From contig CAYOQI010000003.1 in NCBI GenBank assembly GCA_964406075.1, forward strand, positions 140,718 through 204,717: a stretch of DNA of 64,000 nt. The letters run 5' to 3'. A program made the translations under genes and the position numbers. Positions within the stretch are counted from its first letter, which is position 1, and each line of letters begins with the position of its first letter. The notes below the pieces were generated by a model, which was not told the DNA's origin, did no database searches, and was given only the letters and a program-made list of their open reading frames with translations. The stretch is from an uncultured Pseudomonadales bacterium. Lineage in GTDB: Bacteria > Patescibacteriota > Microgenomatia > UBA1400 > PJMF01. This document shows, piece after piece, positions 36,492-46,456 of the stretch.

Positions 36492-38555
36492 TTACTTCAG
36501 TTCTCCCACTAATGAAGCTTGATGGATTTCCTCAACAGTTTTAACAATATTTGATCGGATGACAGACGCATCTTCAGCATTCAGTTGCTTATCAGGAGAA
36601 TACATTTGGATAGTTGCAGTTCCATTATATTGATAAAGGTCTTTTAAATTTACACTATATATTGATGGTACAGATTGGATTGTCTCAATTACTCTCTGAA
36701 CGTGTTCAGTTTTTGGAATTTTAAATGTTAAGTCTTCAATAATGGGTGTGAATTTCAGCTCTGATTGTACGGCTGGATATGTTTTGGCGTACTGAATCAC
36801 AGTTCTCCAATCTATATCAAACACAATGACTTCAGTGTCAGGAATAAAGATCATGTGTCCGAGTACATTATCACCAGCTTTGAGTTCGACTTCAGAATTA
36901 TTCTTGGTTGGTACATACTTCAGTTTAGGAAAGTGAAGTTTTTGAAATAATGCTTCGACCATACCTTTTAGATAGCGTTGATCACCCCTGGCGGTTAACG
37001 TGAGATGAAATTCCTCGTATGGCAAAATACTACTGTCTTTATCTCGTGATGCACTTTGTGATCGATAGGTTTTATCAACTTCTCGTCCCATTTCAGATGG
37101 AAGGTAGACATTAGCAAATTCAAAAACAGCCAGCTCTTTGTGCTGAGGATTTTTCTCTAAAACGGTCAAATGTTGCGACCACAAGGTTCTGCGAAGATAG
37201 ACGAGATCATCAGTTAAAGGATTTTTGAGTTTAATATGAGTTTGTTCAATATCAGTTGCAGACTCAGAAAATCCAGATAACACGTATCGGGACTCGAGCT
37301 CTGATTGGGCTTTGTTGATCAATGAGTAGGTGTAGACTTCGTATCCACCAAGTGTTGCCCAAAATTCTTTGACCATGTGTTCAAGATCAAAATTGTCCCG
37401 ATTTCGAATGGTAGGAATTTCTCCGGTCATCAATGTACTGGGAAGATTGTGATATCCGTAAATTCGTGCAACTTCTTCGACAATATCAGCCGGAATTTGA
37501 AGATCTGGGCGAAATGTTGGTGGAGTGACAATGTAGTTTTGTTCACCGAGTTCGACTGTACACCCTAAGTTTTCCAATATCGATTGGATCTGAGATGGTT
37601 TTATTTCAACTCCTAAGTATTGGAGAATGGTGGAATGCTTCACTTCTACTGACTGAAGTGACTTTTTTCCAGGAAAATCGTCATAGACTTCACTAGCGAT
37701 TTGTCCGCCCGTTAATTCTGTTAGTAACTCAACTCCGCGTTTAAGAATGTCTTCGGCAAGATGTGGATCAACATTTTTCTCAGACAATTGTGCTGCCACT
37801 GTTCGAATAGCATGAGTCATGGAGGCAAAGCGAACCTTCTTCGGATCCAAAGTCTCAAGCCAGAACAACACATTTTTTGTCTCATCGCCAATTGAAGTGT
37901 TGGCAGTCCCTTTAATAGCAGGTAAATCAATAATTTCACCTTGTTCGTTTTCAAAAACTATTTCGCCACCGACCGTAGTGAACTCAGTTCCATCAATGAT
38001 GGCAAACTTTTTTCCGGCTTCTGCAATTTTTACAATAATCTTTCCGCCAGTTGCCATAACTTTGTCATAATCAAATGCGTGACAAGGATGACCAAGCTCA
38101 TGAGTGATGTAGTTGGTGATATCAATCACACTATCGTGGACATTGACTCCAATTTGCTTCAAACGCTTTTGCATCCACTCAGGTGAAGGTCTTTTTTCTA
38201 CATTGGAAACGACTTGGCAAATGATGCGTTTGCACAATTCGGAATTATTTACAATTTCCGGCAGAGGTTTATTCTCAGAGGTCTGAGATTGAAGAGCTGA
38301 TAATTGTAACGGTTTTAATGTTGATGGTATTCCAGCCTCGGTCAAAATCACCGCTGCTTCTCGAGCTATTCCTCGAACTGACATACTATCGACTCGGTTC
38401 GTCGTAACTTCAATGTCGTAGACACTCTCCCCTTCTATCTCATGAATGCGTTCGACTGAGGGGCCGGACAAAGAAAGAAATTTTTGAATCTCTGCTTCAC
38501 TTGCCGAAGTTTCTAAATGTTCGAGTAACCAAGAATGTGGGATGAGGATGTTCAT
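36492..38555 (-). CDS. pheT: Phenylalanyl-tRNA synthetase beta subunit
   Basis: N-terminus MNILIPHSWLLEHL, the B3/4 motif VIDITNYITHELGHPCHAFD, a B5 region, and synteny after pheS. Confidence 0.9.
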   Translation of the reverse strand: MNILIPHSWLLEHLETSASEAEIQKFLSLSGPSVERIHEIEGESVYDIEVTTNRVDSMSVRGIAREAAVILTEAGIPSTLKPLQLSALQSQTSENKPLPEIVNNSELCKRIICQVVSNVEKRPSPEWMQKRLKQIGVNVHDSVIDITNYITHELGHPCHAFDYDKVMATGGKIIVKIAEAGKKFAIIDGTEFTTVGGEIVFENEQGEIIDLPAIKGTANTSIGDETKNVLFWLETLDPKKVRFASMTHAIRTVAAQLSEKNVDPHLAEDILKRGVELLTELTGGQIASEVYDDFPGKKSLQSVEVKHSTILQYLGVEIKPSQIQSILENLGCTVELGEQNYIVTPPTFRPDLQIPADIVEEVARIYGYHNLPSTLMTGEIPTIRNRDNFDLEHMVKEFWATLGGYEVYTYSLINKAQSELESRYVLSGFSESATDIEQTHIKLKNPLTDDLVYLRRTLWSQHLTVLEKNPQHKELAVFEFANVYLPSEMGREVDKTYRSQSASRDKDSSILPYEEFHLTLTARGDQRYLKGMVEALFQKLHFPKLKYVPTKNNSEVELKAGDNVLGHMIFIPDTEVIVFDIDWRTVIQYAKTYPAVQSELKFTPIIEDLTFKIPKTEHVQRVIETIQSVPSIYSVNLKDLYQYNGTATIQMYSPDKQLNAEDASVIRSNIVKTVEEIHQASLVGELK

Positions 38556-38561
38556 ATATGT

Positions 38562-39599
38562 TTAAAATTGTTCGAGTAAGCGTAAATCTCCGTTGTATAA
38601 CATGCGGATGTCATCGATGTGTAAATTCGGCTTGAGTGTGTACGTGCGTTCAATTCCCCAGCCAAAAGCAAAACCTGTGTATTCTTCTGGATCGATTCCT
38701 CCAGCTTTTAGGACATTGGGATGGACCATTCCTGCTCCACCGACTTCGTGCCAACCGGATTTACAGAAACGACATTTTTCACCATCTTCCAATTTTCCGG
38801 TTCCATCACAAATTGAACAAGAGAAGTCGACTTCAAAGGAAGGTTCAGTAAATTGAAAATGAAACGGTCGGATTCGAGATTTCGCTCCAGGTCCGTAGAA
38901 CTCTCGAGCGAAGTGATCAATTGTTCCTTTGAGATGTTGGATTGTGATGCCTTTATCTACTACTAAACCTTCGAATTGATGAAACATCGGTGTATGAGTT
39001 ACATCGGCTTGACGACGATAACAGCGGGCAATGTTGATCATCCGAATCGGTGGTTTTCCCAATCGTTCCATTTCGCGGACTTGTCCGTTGGACGTATGAG
39101 TTGATAGTACGATTTCTCCCAGCTGAGGATCTTTTGGCAGATCGACGAAGAAGGTTTCCCATTCATCCCGAGCAGGATGGTCAGGAGGCATATTCAAACT
39201 TTCAAACACATAGTAATCTCCATCAACTTCAGGATAGCGTGAACGAGTAAAACCAATGTGTTCAAAAATGTCAGTAATTTCTTTAATCGCCTGAGAAACA
39301 GGATGGACGTGTCCAATTTTTAAATCATAGCCAGGAATTGTGGGATCTGTTTTAAGTGGGTTCGTTGATTGAGTGGTCTGCTGAGAATTTATTTTTTGTT
39401 CAATTTTTTGTTTCAACTCATTTAACAGTTGTCCGGCCATTTTTTTGTCATCGACATCTTTGATGACTTTTGCCAATTCATTGAACTCACCTTTTTTACC
39501 AAGGTATTTGGTTTTTAATTCATCCTGAGTCCAGTTGGAATCAGCTTCAAGTGAGGTTAAAAGTTCTGCAATTTTTTGTTCGAGTTCTGGAAGTGTCAT
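38562..39599 (-). CDS. pheS: Phenylalanyl-tRNA synthetase alpha subunit (start at MTLPELEQ)
   Basis: Class II motifs: HPARDEWETFF, CYRRQADVTHTPMFHQFEG, GFAFGWGIERT. Confidence 0.9.
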   Translation of the reverse strand: MTLPELEQKIAELLTSLEADSNWTQDELKTKYLGKKGEFNELAKVIKDVDDKKMAGQLLNELKQKIEQKINSQQTTQSTNPLKTDPTIPGYDLKIGHVHPVSQAIKEITDIFEHIGFTRSRYPEVDGDYYVFESLNMPPDHPARDEWETFFVDLPKDPQLGEIVLSTHTSNGQVREMERLGKPPIRMINIARCYRRQADVTHTPMFHQFEGLVVDKGITIQHLKGTIDHFAREFYGPGAKSRIRPFHFQFTEPSFEVDFSCSICDGTGKLEDGEKCRFCKSGWHEVGGAGMVHPNVLKAGGIDPEEYTGFAFGWGIERTYTLKPNLHIDDIRMLYNGDLRLLEQF

Positions 39600-39606
39600 A
39601 AGTGTC

Positions 39607-39915
39607 TTAAATATTGTCGTTTTTGAGAAAATTATCAATGTTAAATTTAGCTAGTTGTAATAGTCTAAGATATTTTATATCGTTACGCTCGTTTATGCTT
39701 GCGTCAATATATAGAAAAATAAATAATTGACTCATCTCCTCAGGAGACAATTTTTCCAGTTGAGCGCTATCAGGGTAATCATTTGGAAAATTCTTTGGGG
39801 TTGAGACCCATGGATTGAGTTCTGTAATAAAACTACGAGTTTCAGCAAGTGTAATCCGAAGTTTGCTCCTGTCAGAATGCTTTTGGATAATATCTTTTAA
39901 TCTTAGTTTTTCCAT
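39607..39915 (-). CDS. Hypothetical protein (102 aa) heading the pheST transcription unit
   Basis: An ORF lying between a terminator (39928-39953) and the pheS start. No motif was recognised. Confidence 0.4.
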   Translation of the reverse strand: MEKLRLKDIIQKHSDRSKLRITLAETRSFITELNPWVSTPKNFPNDYPDSAQLEKLSPEEMSQLFIFLYIDASINERNDIKYLRLLQLAKFNIDNFLKNDNI

Positions 39916-39927
39916 AGTTGTTTTAAA

Positions 39928-39953
39928 TTAAAAAAGCCCCATCTGCTGGGGCT
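39928..39953 (-). terminator. Rho-independent terminator
   Basis: On the minus strand AGCCCCA-GCAGA-UGGGGCU is followed by UUUUUUAAUUU. Confidence 0.75.
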
Positions 39954-40101
39954 GAATATACAATTTCACCCCTACCGTTAAAGAGTGGTAAAAAAGAAAA
40001 AATAATTTTTGAAATACTGATTCATGTTAACTTTCTGATCTGAATTCTATCACAGGTTTACTGAGCGACAACTTCTAGTATTTTATTTGAAATTCAAACA
40101 A

Positions 40102-40338
40102 TTAAGTAAGATCCGAAACGCGATTGATTGTAAGACGACGTGGCGTTTTACCTCCGTCTGAAATCTCGACATCAATTGATCGATATTTGGGTTGACTTTC
40201 TCCAGCGAAATTTCCATCAGGTTGTGTATTGTATCGGCGTTTAACAACACCACGATACTTTTCCCCCTCAAATAGAACAGAAACTGCTTGGCCGACTATA
40301 AATCTTTTGAGTCCGTAATTTGAAGATCTTTCAACCAT
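40102..40338 (-). CDS. Small SH3/Tudor-like beta-barrel protein (third, divergent member of a tandem trio)
   Basis: 78 aa starting at MVERSS. F.VGQAVSVLFEGEKYRGVV resembles a Tudor/SH3-like strand pattern. A terminator follows it. Confidence 0.45.
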   Translation of the reverse strand: MVERSSNYGLKRFIVGQAVSVLFEGEKYRGVVKRRYNTQPDGNFAGESQPKYRSIDVEISDGGKTPRRLTINRVSDLT

Positions 40339-40342
40339 ATTT

Positions 40343-40564
40343 TTATGTATTCTTTCTTGGTCGAACGAGATCAGCAAGAGAAATTCCGATTCGTTCCTTG
40401 TTCACTGTCAATATTACTAATTCACCTTCAAAATCTCTGGTTGTACCTGCTACAGACCCTTCGTACCAATCTTGGCTTGTCCTATTTACTCTAAAGTAGA
40501 CCAGATTGTTCATCTGATACTCATGAAGAGGCTTGCTAGGTAGGTTTTCAATTATTTTTGTCAC
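40343..40564 (-). CDS. Small SH3/Tudor-like protein, paralog 2
   Basis: 73 aa. It shares the PL.EY.(I/M)..LV(W/Y) start and the (I/V)RPR(E/K)NT end with the upstream ORF. Confidence 0.5.
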   Translation of the reverse strand: MTKIIENLPSKPLHEYQMNNLVYFRVNRTSQDWYEGSVAGTTRDFEGELVILTVNKERIGISLADLVRPRKNT

Positions 40565-40566
40565 TT

Positions 40567-40800
40567 TTAGGTGTTTTCTCGAGGACGAATGAAATCTTCG
40601 CTTTTAATCCCAATAGGAAATGGAAATTTCTTAGTCTCTTCTTCATCCTCTGAATGAAAATTTATGACTAAGAATTTTTTTTCAGAATCATATTCTTTGG
40701 TGACAATTCCAGGCATTGGCTTTACCTCTGATGCAAGGGTGCACCATACTAAATCACCAATTTTATATTCTGGAAGTGGTTTGACATTTTCTGGCATCAC
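40567..40800 (-). CDS. Small SH3/Tudor-like protein, paralog 1
   Basis: 77 aa, with PLPEYKIGDLVWC...FIRPRENT. Confidence 0.5.
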   Translation of the reverse strand: MMPENVKPLPEYKIGDLVWCTLASEVKPMPGIVTKEYDSEKKFLVINFHSEDEEETKKFPFPIGIKSEDFIRPRENT

Positions 40801-40841
40801 AAAGCTTTCTGGACAGGAAGTTTTGTAAATGAGATGAACAG

Positions 40842-41198
40842 TTATTTGACTTGAACTTGTTTGATCAGTTGTTCAAAAGCAGCGAAATCACGAACAGCCA
40901 ACTCAGACAACATCTTGCGATCAAGCACGATATTAGCCTTTTTCAGGGCAGCCATGACGGTGGAATAATTGAGTTCAGGATCAACTTGTCGTACTGCAGC
41001 ATTGATACGAACGATCCAAAGTGTACGGAAGTTTCGTTTACGAAGCTTGCGTCCGATGAATGCATACTGTCCAGCATGCAAATCAGCCTCAGTCGCTCGT
41101 TTGATCAAGCGATTGTTGGTCATTCGGAAGCCTTTGGTGCGCTTCAGTAATTTTTTATGTGAGCGTCTTCGAACGACGCCAGTTTTGACACGTGCCAT
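40842..41198 (-). CDS. rplT: 50S ribosomal protein L20
   Basis: [24 protein letters not shown]... Confidence 0.95.
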   Translation of the reverse strand: MARVKTGVVRRRSHKKLLKRTKGFRMTNNRLIKRATEADLHAGQYAFIGRKLRKRNFRTLWIVRINAAVRQVDPELNYSTVMAALKKANIVLDRKMLSELAVRDFAAFEQLIKQVQVK

Positions 41199-41302
41199 AT
41201 ATGTAGGTAATAGGTGTCAAGCTATGTGCTTGATCTTGAATAACCTAGGGACCCTCCATTATATTTTTAATAAATTATTTGTTTTAAATTCTAAAAACAC
41301 TT

Positions 41303-41557
41303 TCAATGACGATCTCTTACTTTTGTCCAGTGTTCAACATCTTTTCTTGTAAATGTTGAAATGATTTCATCCTCATCAAGAAATTCAATTTTATTTGAGA
41401 GTACTCCAGTTGGGTTAATATCAGGATGTTCTGCTGCTACTTGAATAAGAGTTAACGCAATATCAACCCTTTTTGCTGGTGCATCAAACATGTGTATTTT
41501 TCCATCTGCATAGGTAACTCTTACCCCTGTGGCTCCCAATTCTGTTTTTCGTGTCAT
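41303..41557 (-). CDS. Hypothetical 84-aa protein inserted between rpmI and rplT
   Basis: ATG at 41557 lies 1 nt after the rpmI stop (41559-41561). The ORF-track version (to 41638) overlaps rpmI and is probably too long. Confidence 0.5.
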   Translation of the reverse strand: MTRKTELGATGVRVTYADGKIHMFDAPAKRVDIALTLIQVAAEHPDINPTGVLSNKIEFLDEDEIISTFTRKDVEHWTKVRDRH

Positions 41558-41558
41558 G

Positions 41559-41765
41559 TTAAATTCCCAACATGATTCGAATTCGTTTTGCCCATTTTCC
41601 GGTGACTTGTTTTGGAACTTTGGCAGCGCGAATTGCACTCTTGGATTTTCGACGACGTAAGTGACGCATGTTTTGGCTTCGGCGCATGATTTTACCTGTG
41701 CCGGTGACTTTGAATCGAGCCGCAGCTCCCTTACGTGTCTTCTGTTTTGTTTTTGATTTTGTCAT
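41559..41765 (-). CDS. rpmI: 50S ribosomal protein L35
   Basis: MTKSKTKQKTRKGAAARFKVTGTGKIMRR... Confidence 0.9.
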   Translation of the reverse strand: MTKSKTKQKTRKGAAARFKVTGTGKIMRRSQNMRHLRRRKSKSAIRAAKVPKQVTGKWAKRIRIMLGI

Positions 41766-41769
41766 AACG

Positions 41770-42351
41770 TTATGACTGCACGTCCGAAGACGAAACAGCT
41801 TCTCCTTGTGTTGTCGTACCAGTTGGTTGAGTCGAAGGCTTCTCTACAGATTTCTTCTTCTTGGCTGGCATGAGTTGAACAATAATTTTCTTTCCCAGTA
41901 ATCGAGCCTGGATTTCTACAGATGCAATTTCTTTCGTTTCCTCGATGATCCGATCGATCATCTTAAATCCAAACTCTTTTCGTGTGATTTCTCGACCTTT
42001 GAATTCGACATATGGTCGAACTTTATCACCATCTTCGATAAAAGCACGAATTTTTTTCATGCGCGAATCAAAATCTCCTTGTCCCATAAATGGTCGAAAA
42101 CGGAGTTCTTTGATTTCTTGCTTCTTGGCTTTTTTCTTTCCTTCAGCTTTGAGTTGATCGAGCTGATATTTGAACTTGGAAAAGTTGATAATCTTGGCTA
42201 CTGGAGGATCTGCATGCTCCGTGATCAAGATGACGTCTTTTCCGTTTTGTTGTGCTTGGGTAATGGCGTCAGTTTTAGACATGACATCCACTTGTTTTCC
42301 AAACTCATCAATAATGCGCAATGTCGGGTAGGGAATCTTATGATTCACCAA
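41770..42351 (-). CDS. infC: Translation initiation factor IF-3
   Basis: LRIIDEFGKQVDVMSKTDAITQAQQNGKDVILI..., KELRFRP, a C-terminal domain plus a basic tail, and synteny with rpmI-rplT. Confidence 0.9.
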   Translation of the reverse strand: MVNHKIPYPTLRIIDEFGKQVDVMSKTDAITQAQQNGKDVILITEHADPPVAKIINFSKFKYQLDQLKAEGKKKAKKQEIKELRFRPFMGQGDFDSRMKKIRAFIEDGDKVRPYVEFKGREITRKEFGFKMIDRIIEETKEIASVEIQARLLGKKIIVQLMPAKKKKSVEKPSTQPTGTTTQGEAVSSSDVQS

Positions 42352-42470
42352 AAAAAATTTCCTTGCGATTGGGACCTCCTGATAGTTGCAAATGTGTATG
42401 CAACGAGTATATCAGTTTTTTAAATTAAGAAAGTGAATTGTACCAGAGGAATTTAGGCATTGCAAGGTTT

Positions 42471-42517
42471 CCGCCAGAGGCGGATCCCACCAAAGGCGGG
42501 CAGGCAGCCTTGGGCTG
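42471..42517 (-). other. Cluster of three short GC-rich hairpins upstream of infC
   Basis: On the minus strand: CAGCC-CAA-GGCUG, CCCGCC-UUU-GGUGGG (which has a G-U pair only on this strand), and CCGCC-UCU-GGCGG. Confidence 0.4.
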
Positions 42518-42541
42518 ACAACTTGAGATTACAAACTTAGT

Positions 42542-43627
42542 CTAATATGAACATGCAGATGTGTCTGCAAAGAAATTTGATGAGAGTTGAGAATAATCGC
42601 TCAAGTCGACTATTCCATCTCGGGTGATATCAACATTACAGACATTATTCGTATCAGTATTTGAATTCAATGAAAAACGTCCAATATAGCTTTGTCCAGC
42701 AATATTATATGGTGGATTTGAGTTCACCCATTGGTGATCAAAGAGTTCAAATCCATATTCGGCATTTTCACTGAAATAATAGCTATCAATGGGTGTAATC
42801 ACTAATTGAGAAGCATTTTGTTCAAACATGGAGATTGGTATGTCACTACCATTTTTTGATAGACGAATACGAGTTTCGACTTGGTATGTTTGTCCATCTA
42901 CGTCATGCACAAACTCAAACACGAATTTTTTAGAATCATGGTCAACACTCACAATTCGATATTGAGTCAGCAGAAGCTGAGCGGGAGCTTGAACTTTTAG
43001 TGACTTCCCAGGTTGATTTTCATATACAACCCCTTTGTCTGTTCTCACACCAAAACTTGTTTGTCGGAAAGAAAAAAAAGAATTAAAAACTCGAAATCCC
43101 ACTCGACCTTGTTTACAGCCAAAAGTTTTAACTAACACAAAGTAATCACCTGTATATTCAGCAGTAAATTGTTGTCGTGTATCAGCAGTATTTAATTGGT
43201 TCCCATCTTTATCAAAAAGAATACTTCGAATATAACTACCCGCAGGCACAAGATCCATTTCATGAGCAAGAGTTTCAATTTTTTGCCCTACTAAGACAGG
43301 AATTCTGAAGACGGTTGCATAGCCGTCTCCCACAACTCCAACGCCATCTTCCTCAGGATTAAGAGGGACTACCAAAGGGGCATCCTGTAATTGAGTTGGA
43401 AGTATCGATATTCCTGTGAAAGCGGGTGCATCAATATTTTCCAATGTGACTTCTGTACTTGGACATGTCTGAGCACTTTGGGCAGAGACTTTCTCAGGTG
43501 AATTTTTTTGAAAAAAGAAAACAGTGGAAGAAATGATAATGAGCGAGAGTGTCGCAATGCTGAGGTACTTAAATGTGGAGGAAAACATACAACATCTAGT
43601 ATTGCAGAAAAAAGAGAAAGTGTGCAA
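42542..43627 (-). CDS. Secreted hypothetical protein with a dockerin-like C-terminus
   Basis: An N-terminal signal/TM segment (start possibly Met at 43588). The C-terminal DITRDGIVDLSDYSQL resembles a dockerin/EF-hand Ca-binding repeat. Confidence 0.45.
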   Translation of the reverse strand: MHTFSFFCNTRCCMFSSTFKYLSIATLSLIIISSTVFFFQKNSPEKVSAQSAQTCPSTEVTLENIDAPAFTGISILPTQLQDAPLVVPLNPEEDGVGVVGDGYATVFRIPVLVGQKIETLAHEMDLVPAGSYIRSILFDKDGNQLNTADTRQQFTAEYTGDYFVLVKTFGCKQGRVGFRVFNSFFSFRQTSFGVRTDKGVVYENQPGKSLKVQAPAQLLLTQYRIVSVDHDSKKFVFEFVHDVDGQTYQVETRIRLSKNGSDIPISMFEQNASQLVITPIDSYYFSENAEYGFELFDHQWVNSNPPYNIAGQSYIGRFSLNSNTDTNNVCNVDITRDGIVDLSDYSQLSSNFFADTSACSY

Positions 43628-44041
43628 TTAGGAATTAGCTGGCCATGGGTAGCTCATCATTTTTTCTAGTTCAACAATTTCTTCTTTGCCATTTTGATTA
43701 AAAAGAATGACTGTCATGGGGATTTTTGATCGACGGCTACTTTCATACAGAAGTTGTTTACACATATGACAAGGATTCGTTAATCCTTCTGATTTTTCCG
43801 TGCTGGTAATGGCAATGGCTACGATCTCACTTTCCCCATGAGCTGCAGCATGAGCCAACGTAGCTTGTTCGGCGTGAAGTGTTAAAGAATAGGTATCAGA
43901 AAAATACTGAGCTGAGGCGTAGATATTTCCTTTTTTTGTTAAAACTGCAGATGCGTACACGGTTTCGGCTCCGAGAGGATACGGATATTTGAGTTGGTCA
44001 GTGGCGGCTTGTTTGAGTTGAGATTTCAGAGTGTCGGTCAT
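43628..44041 (-). CDS. cdd: Cytidine deaminase (small homotetrameric type)
   Basis: The HAEQATL (H-A-E) and PCHMCKQLL (PCxxC) zinc motifs, and a length of 137 aa. Confidence 0.75.
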   Translation of the reverse strand: MTDTLKSQLKQAATDQLKYPYPLGAETVYASAVLTKKGNIYASAQYFSDTYSLTLHAEQATLAHAAAHGESEIVAIAITSTEKSEGLTNPCHMCKQLLYESSRRSKIPMTVILFNQNGKEEIVELEKMMSYPWPANS

Positions 44042-44766
44042 ATTTCTCTTAAAGAAGAAAACACTTTTTTTTGAACAGGATCGTCAATATCCATAAGGAA
44101 GACTCTTATCCGCCCATCAATGTTTATAAAAATTGTTTCACTTGATTCGCTGGGTATAGTAGGATCTGAATGATCAGATCGACTTTGTCTCACTACAAGA
44201 CCATCAAGTTTGCCAAATTCTAATTTTGAAAAAATTAAATCGTACTTGAAACCAATTTCTCGTAGACGAGTACTTTCAAGATTTAATAGTGATTGCATGT
44301 ATTCCAAAAACTTTTTATTTTGTTGATATTCTTCTGTTAATTCAAAATAGTAAGGATAACTATCTTGGCAACTGCCATTAGGGAAAGGATTCATACAAAA
44401 TCTACCTTTACCATGATATGACCAATCTGGTGGGTATCTGAGTTGAAAACCTAAAGTATCACCATCCTCAGTGGTTTCCCAGTTGGCAGGAACTGATTCT
44501 GGAGTAATAACTGCTGGCTCAATAGAAATAATAGCTTCCTTGAATCCAGATTCTTGAATTTGCTCAAATAAAGGTTTGTCATTTATTAATACTGAAGTAT
44601 CAGCAATCGGAGCTGCTGGAACGGAACTTTGAAGATTTGGAAAGAAAAAGGTTTTGGCAAAAACCATTGCAATCAAAATGAGAGTGGCACCGACCCCAGC
44701 AACACCTGCCCAAAAAGGAACTTGAGAAAAAATTGAATTTTGTGCAGTATTTTTTGCCATATACAT
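44038..44766 (-). CDS. Membrane-anchored hypothetical protein
   Basis: An N-terminal TM helix (VPFWAGVAGVGATLILIAMVFA). No other motif was recognised. Confidence 0.4.
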   Translation of the reverse strand: MYMAKNTAQNSIFSQVPFWAGVAGVGATLILIAMVFAKTFFFPNLQSSVPAAPIADTSVLINDKPLFEQIQESGFKEAIISIEPAVITPESVPANWETTEDGDTLGFQLRYPPDWSYHGKGRFCMNPFPNGSCQDSYPYYFELTEEYQQNKKFLEYMQSLLNLESTRLREIGFKYDLIFSKLEFGKLDGLVVRQSRSDHSDPTIPSESSETIFINIDGRIRVFLMDIDDPVQKKVFSSLREI

Positions 44767-44774
44767 TCATGATA

Positions 44775-45989
44775 TTACTTTTCGTTCTTGGTTGAATAGT
44801 ACTTCTTCCCCTTCAATTCCTCTGGTAATAAACTTTCCTCACTATACATTTCATACCCTTTTCCATAGTTTAATTCTTTCATCAATTTCGTTGGAGCATT
44901 TCTCAGATTCAAAGGAACTGGGAGATTTCCATACTTTTTTACATCCTCTAATGCTAAGAAATAGGCATCGTGGGCTGATCGATCTTTTTTCGCTTGAGCT
45001 AAGTAGGCGACTCCATGAGCGAGCATGATTTGAGCTTCAGGATAGCCAGTTTTATGAACAGCTTCAAACACTCCATTGGCTACTACTAAAGCTGTAGGTT
45101 GAGCCAAACCAATATCTTCACTGGCAAAAATAATCATTCGACGAGCAATGAATTTGGGATCTTCCCCACTATCCACCATTCGAGCCAAGTAATAGAGGGC
45201 GGCATCGACATTACTCGCTCTCATCGATTTGATAAAAGCTGAAATTGTGTTGTAGTGCTCCTCCCCGGCTTTGTCATAGCGAAGATGCTTCGATTGAAGT
45301 GTTTCTTTCAAAGTCTCGACTGTTAACTTCCCAAAAATGCGATGTGTTTGTTCAATAATTGTTAATGCTTGACGAGCATCTCCATTTGCAAATCGTGCCA
45401 GCCACTCTTTGGCCTCTTTATCCATTTTGATTTTCTTTTTCTGTGAAGAAGATAAAAATTCCAAAGCTTGTTCAATAATATGAAAGACTTCATCCTGAGT
45501 TAATTCACGTAGGGTAAAAACTCTGGTTCGTGACAAGAGCGGAGCGATCACTTCAAAACTGGGATTCTCAGTGGTTGCTCCAATCAGAATGAGTGTTCCA
45601 TCTTCCACATATGGAAGTAGAAAATCCTGCTGAGCTTTGTTGAATCGATGAATTTCATCGAGAAATAAAACCGGAGACTTCATACTCGAATTGAGCATTT
45701 GCTGAGGCGCGAGCGAGTCATCCACAATTTTGCGAACATCATCTTTCTTGGCACTGACGGCTGACAACTCCACATATGGATGATCAGTACTTTTGGCGAT
45801 GATTCTGGCCAAAGTCGTCTTCCCCACTCCCGGTGGTCCCCAAAAGATCATTGAGCTGAGTTGTTTTTGCTCAATCATTTTCCGAATTGGTTTTTCTGGA
45901 CCGACAAGATGAGTTTGACCAATATACTGATCGAGTGATTCTGGTCTCAGGAGTGATGCGAGTGGTTGGTAGACACCATTTTTTTCCAT
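44775..45989 (-). CDS. rarA: Replication-associated recombination protein A (MgsA/RarA AAA+ ATPase)
   Basis: [27 protein letters not shown], and a C-terminal MgsA domain ([27 protein letters not shown]). Confidence 0.9.
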   Translation of the reverse strand: MEKNGVYQPLASLLRPESLDQYIGQTHLVGPEKPIRKMIEQKQLSSMIFWGPPGVGKTTLARIIAKSTDHPYVELSAVSAKKDDVRKIVDDSLAPQQMLNSSMKSPVLFLDEIHRFNKAQQDFLLPYVEDGTLILIGATTENPSFEVIAPLLSRTRVFTLRELTQDEVFHIIEQALEFLSSSQKKKIKMDKEAKEWLARFANGDARQALTIIEQTHRIFGKLTVETLKETLQSKHLRYDKAGEEHYNTISAFIKSMRASNVDAALYYLARMVDSGEDPKFIARRMIIFASEDIGLAQPTALVVANGVFEAVHKTGYPEAQIMLAHGVAYLAQAKKDRSAHDAYFLALEDVKKYGNLPVPLNLRNAPTKLMKELNYGKGYEMYSEESLLPEELKGKKYYSTKNEK

Positions 45990-46117
45990 TTTTTCTAGAG
46001 TAACAGAAATTTAATATTTGGGAAAGATTCGGATTATTTCACAATCACTGGCAGATAAATATATTTCAAAAAAAATGATACAATCACCTTCGTTCTTGAA
46101 AGAGATGAATTTTTAGC

Positions 46118-46191
<74 letters not shown>

Positions 46192-46310
46192 CATTTGAAA
46201 TCGGTTCTGACGAAGTCAGAGTAGATTTCAAATATTGATCACACGACGACTCGTGCCCGATCAAATGAACTCAAAAATTGAAGTTTTAAAATGTGAGTCT
46301 GACGAGGGTA

Positions 46311-46328
46311 AGTCGTGTCACCCCGACA
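46311..46328 (+). repeat. Perfect 18-nt direct duplicate of the tRNA-Pro 3' end
   Basis: AGTCGTGTCACCCCGACA occurs at 46176-46193 and again at 46311-46328. Confidence 0.85.
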
Positions 46329-46456
46329 CATATCGCGTTTTTGAGAGTTTAAAAACAGTTCTATAAGTTTCTTTTTAGTTTAAATTCCATTACGAAGGAT
46401 GTGTGAAAAATAAGTGTGGTTCAATCAGGGGTAGAGTAACAAAAGGATGACTAGTA

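Noticed and set aside
46192-46310. CUGACGA motifs in the tRNA-Pro trailer, considered as variant hammerhead cores.
   Set aside because: They are explained by simple local hairpins (UCUGAC-GAA-GUCAGA). There is no GAAA element and no three-way junction.
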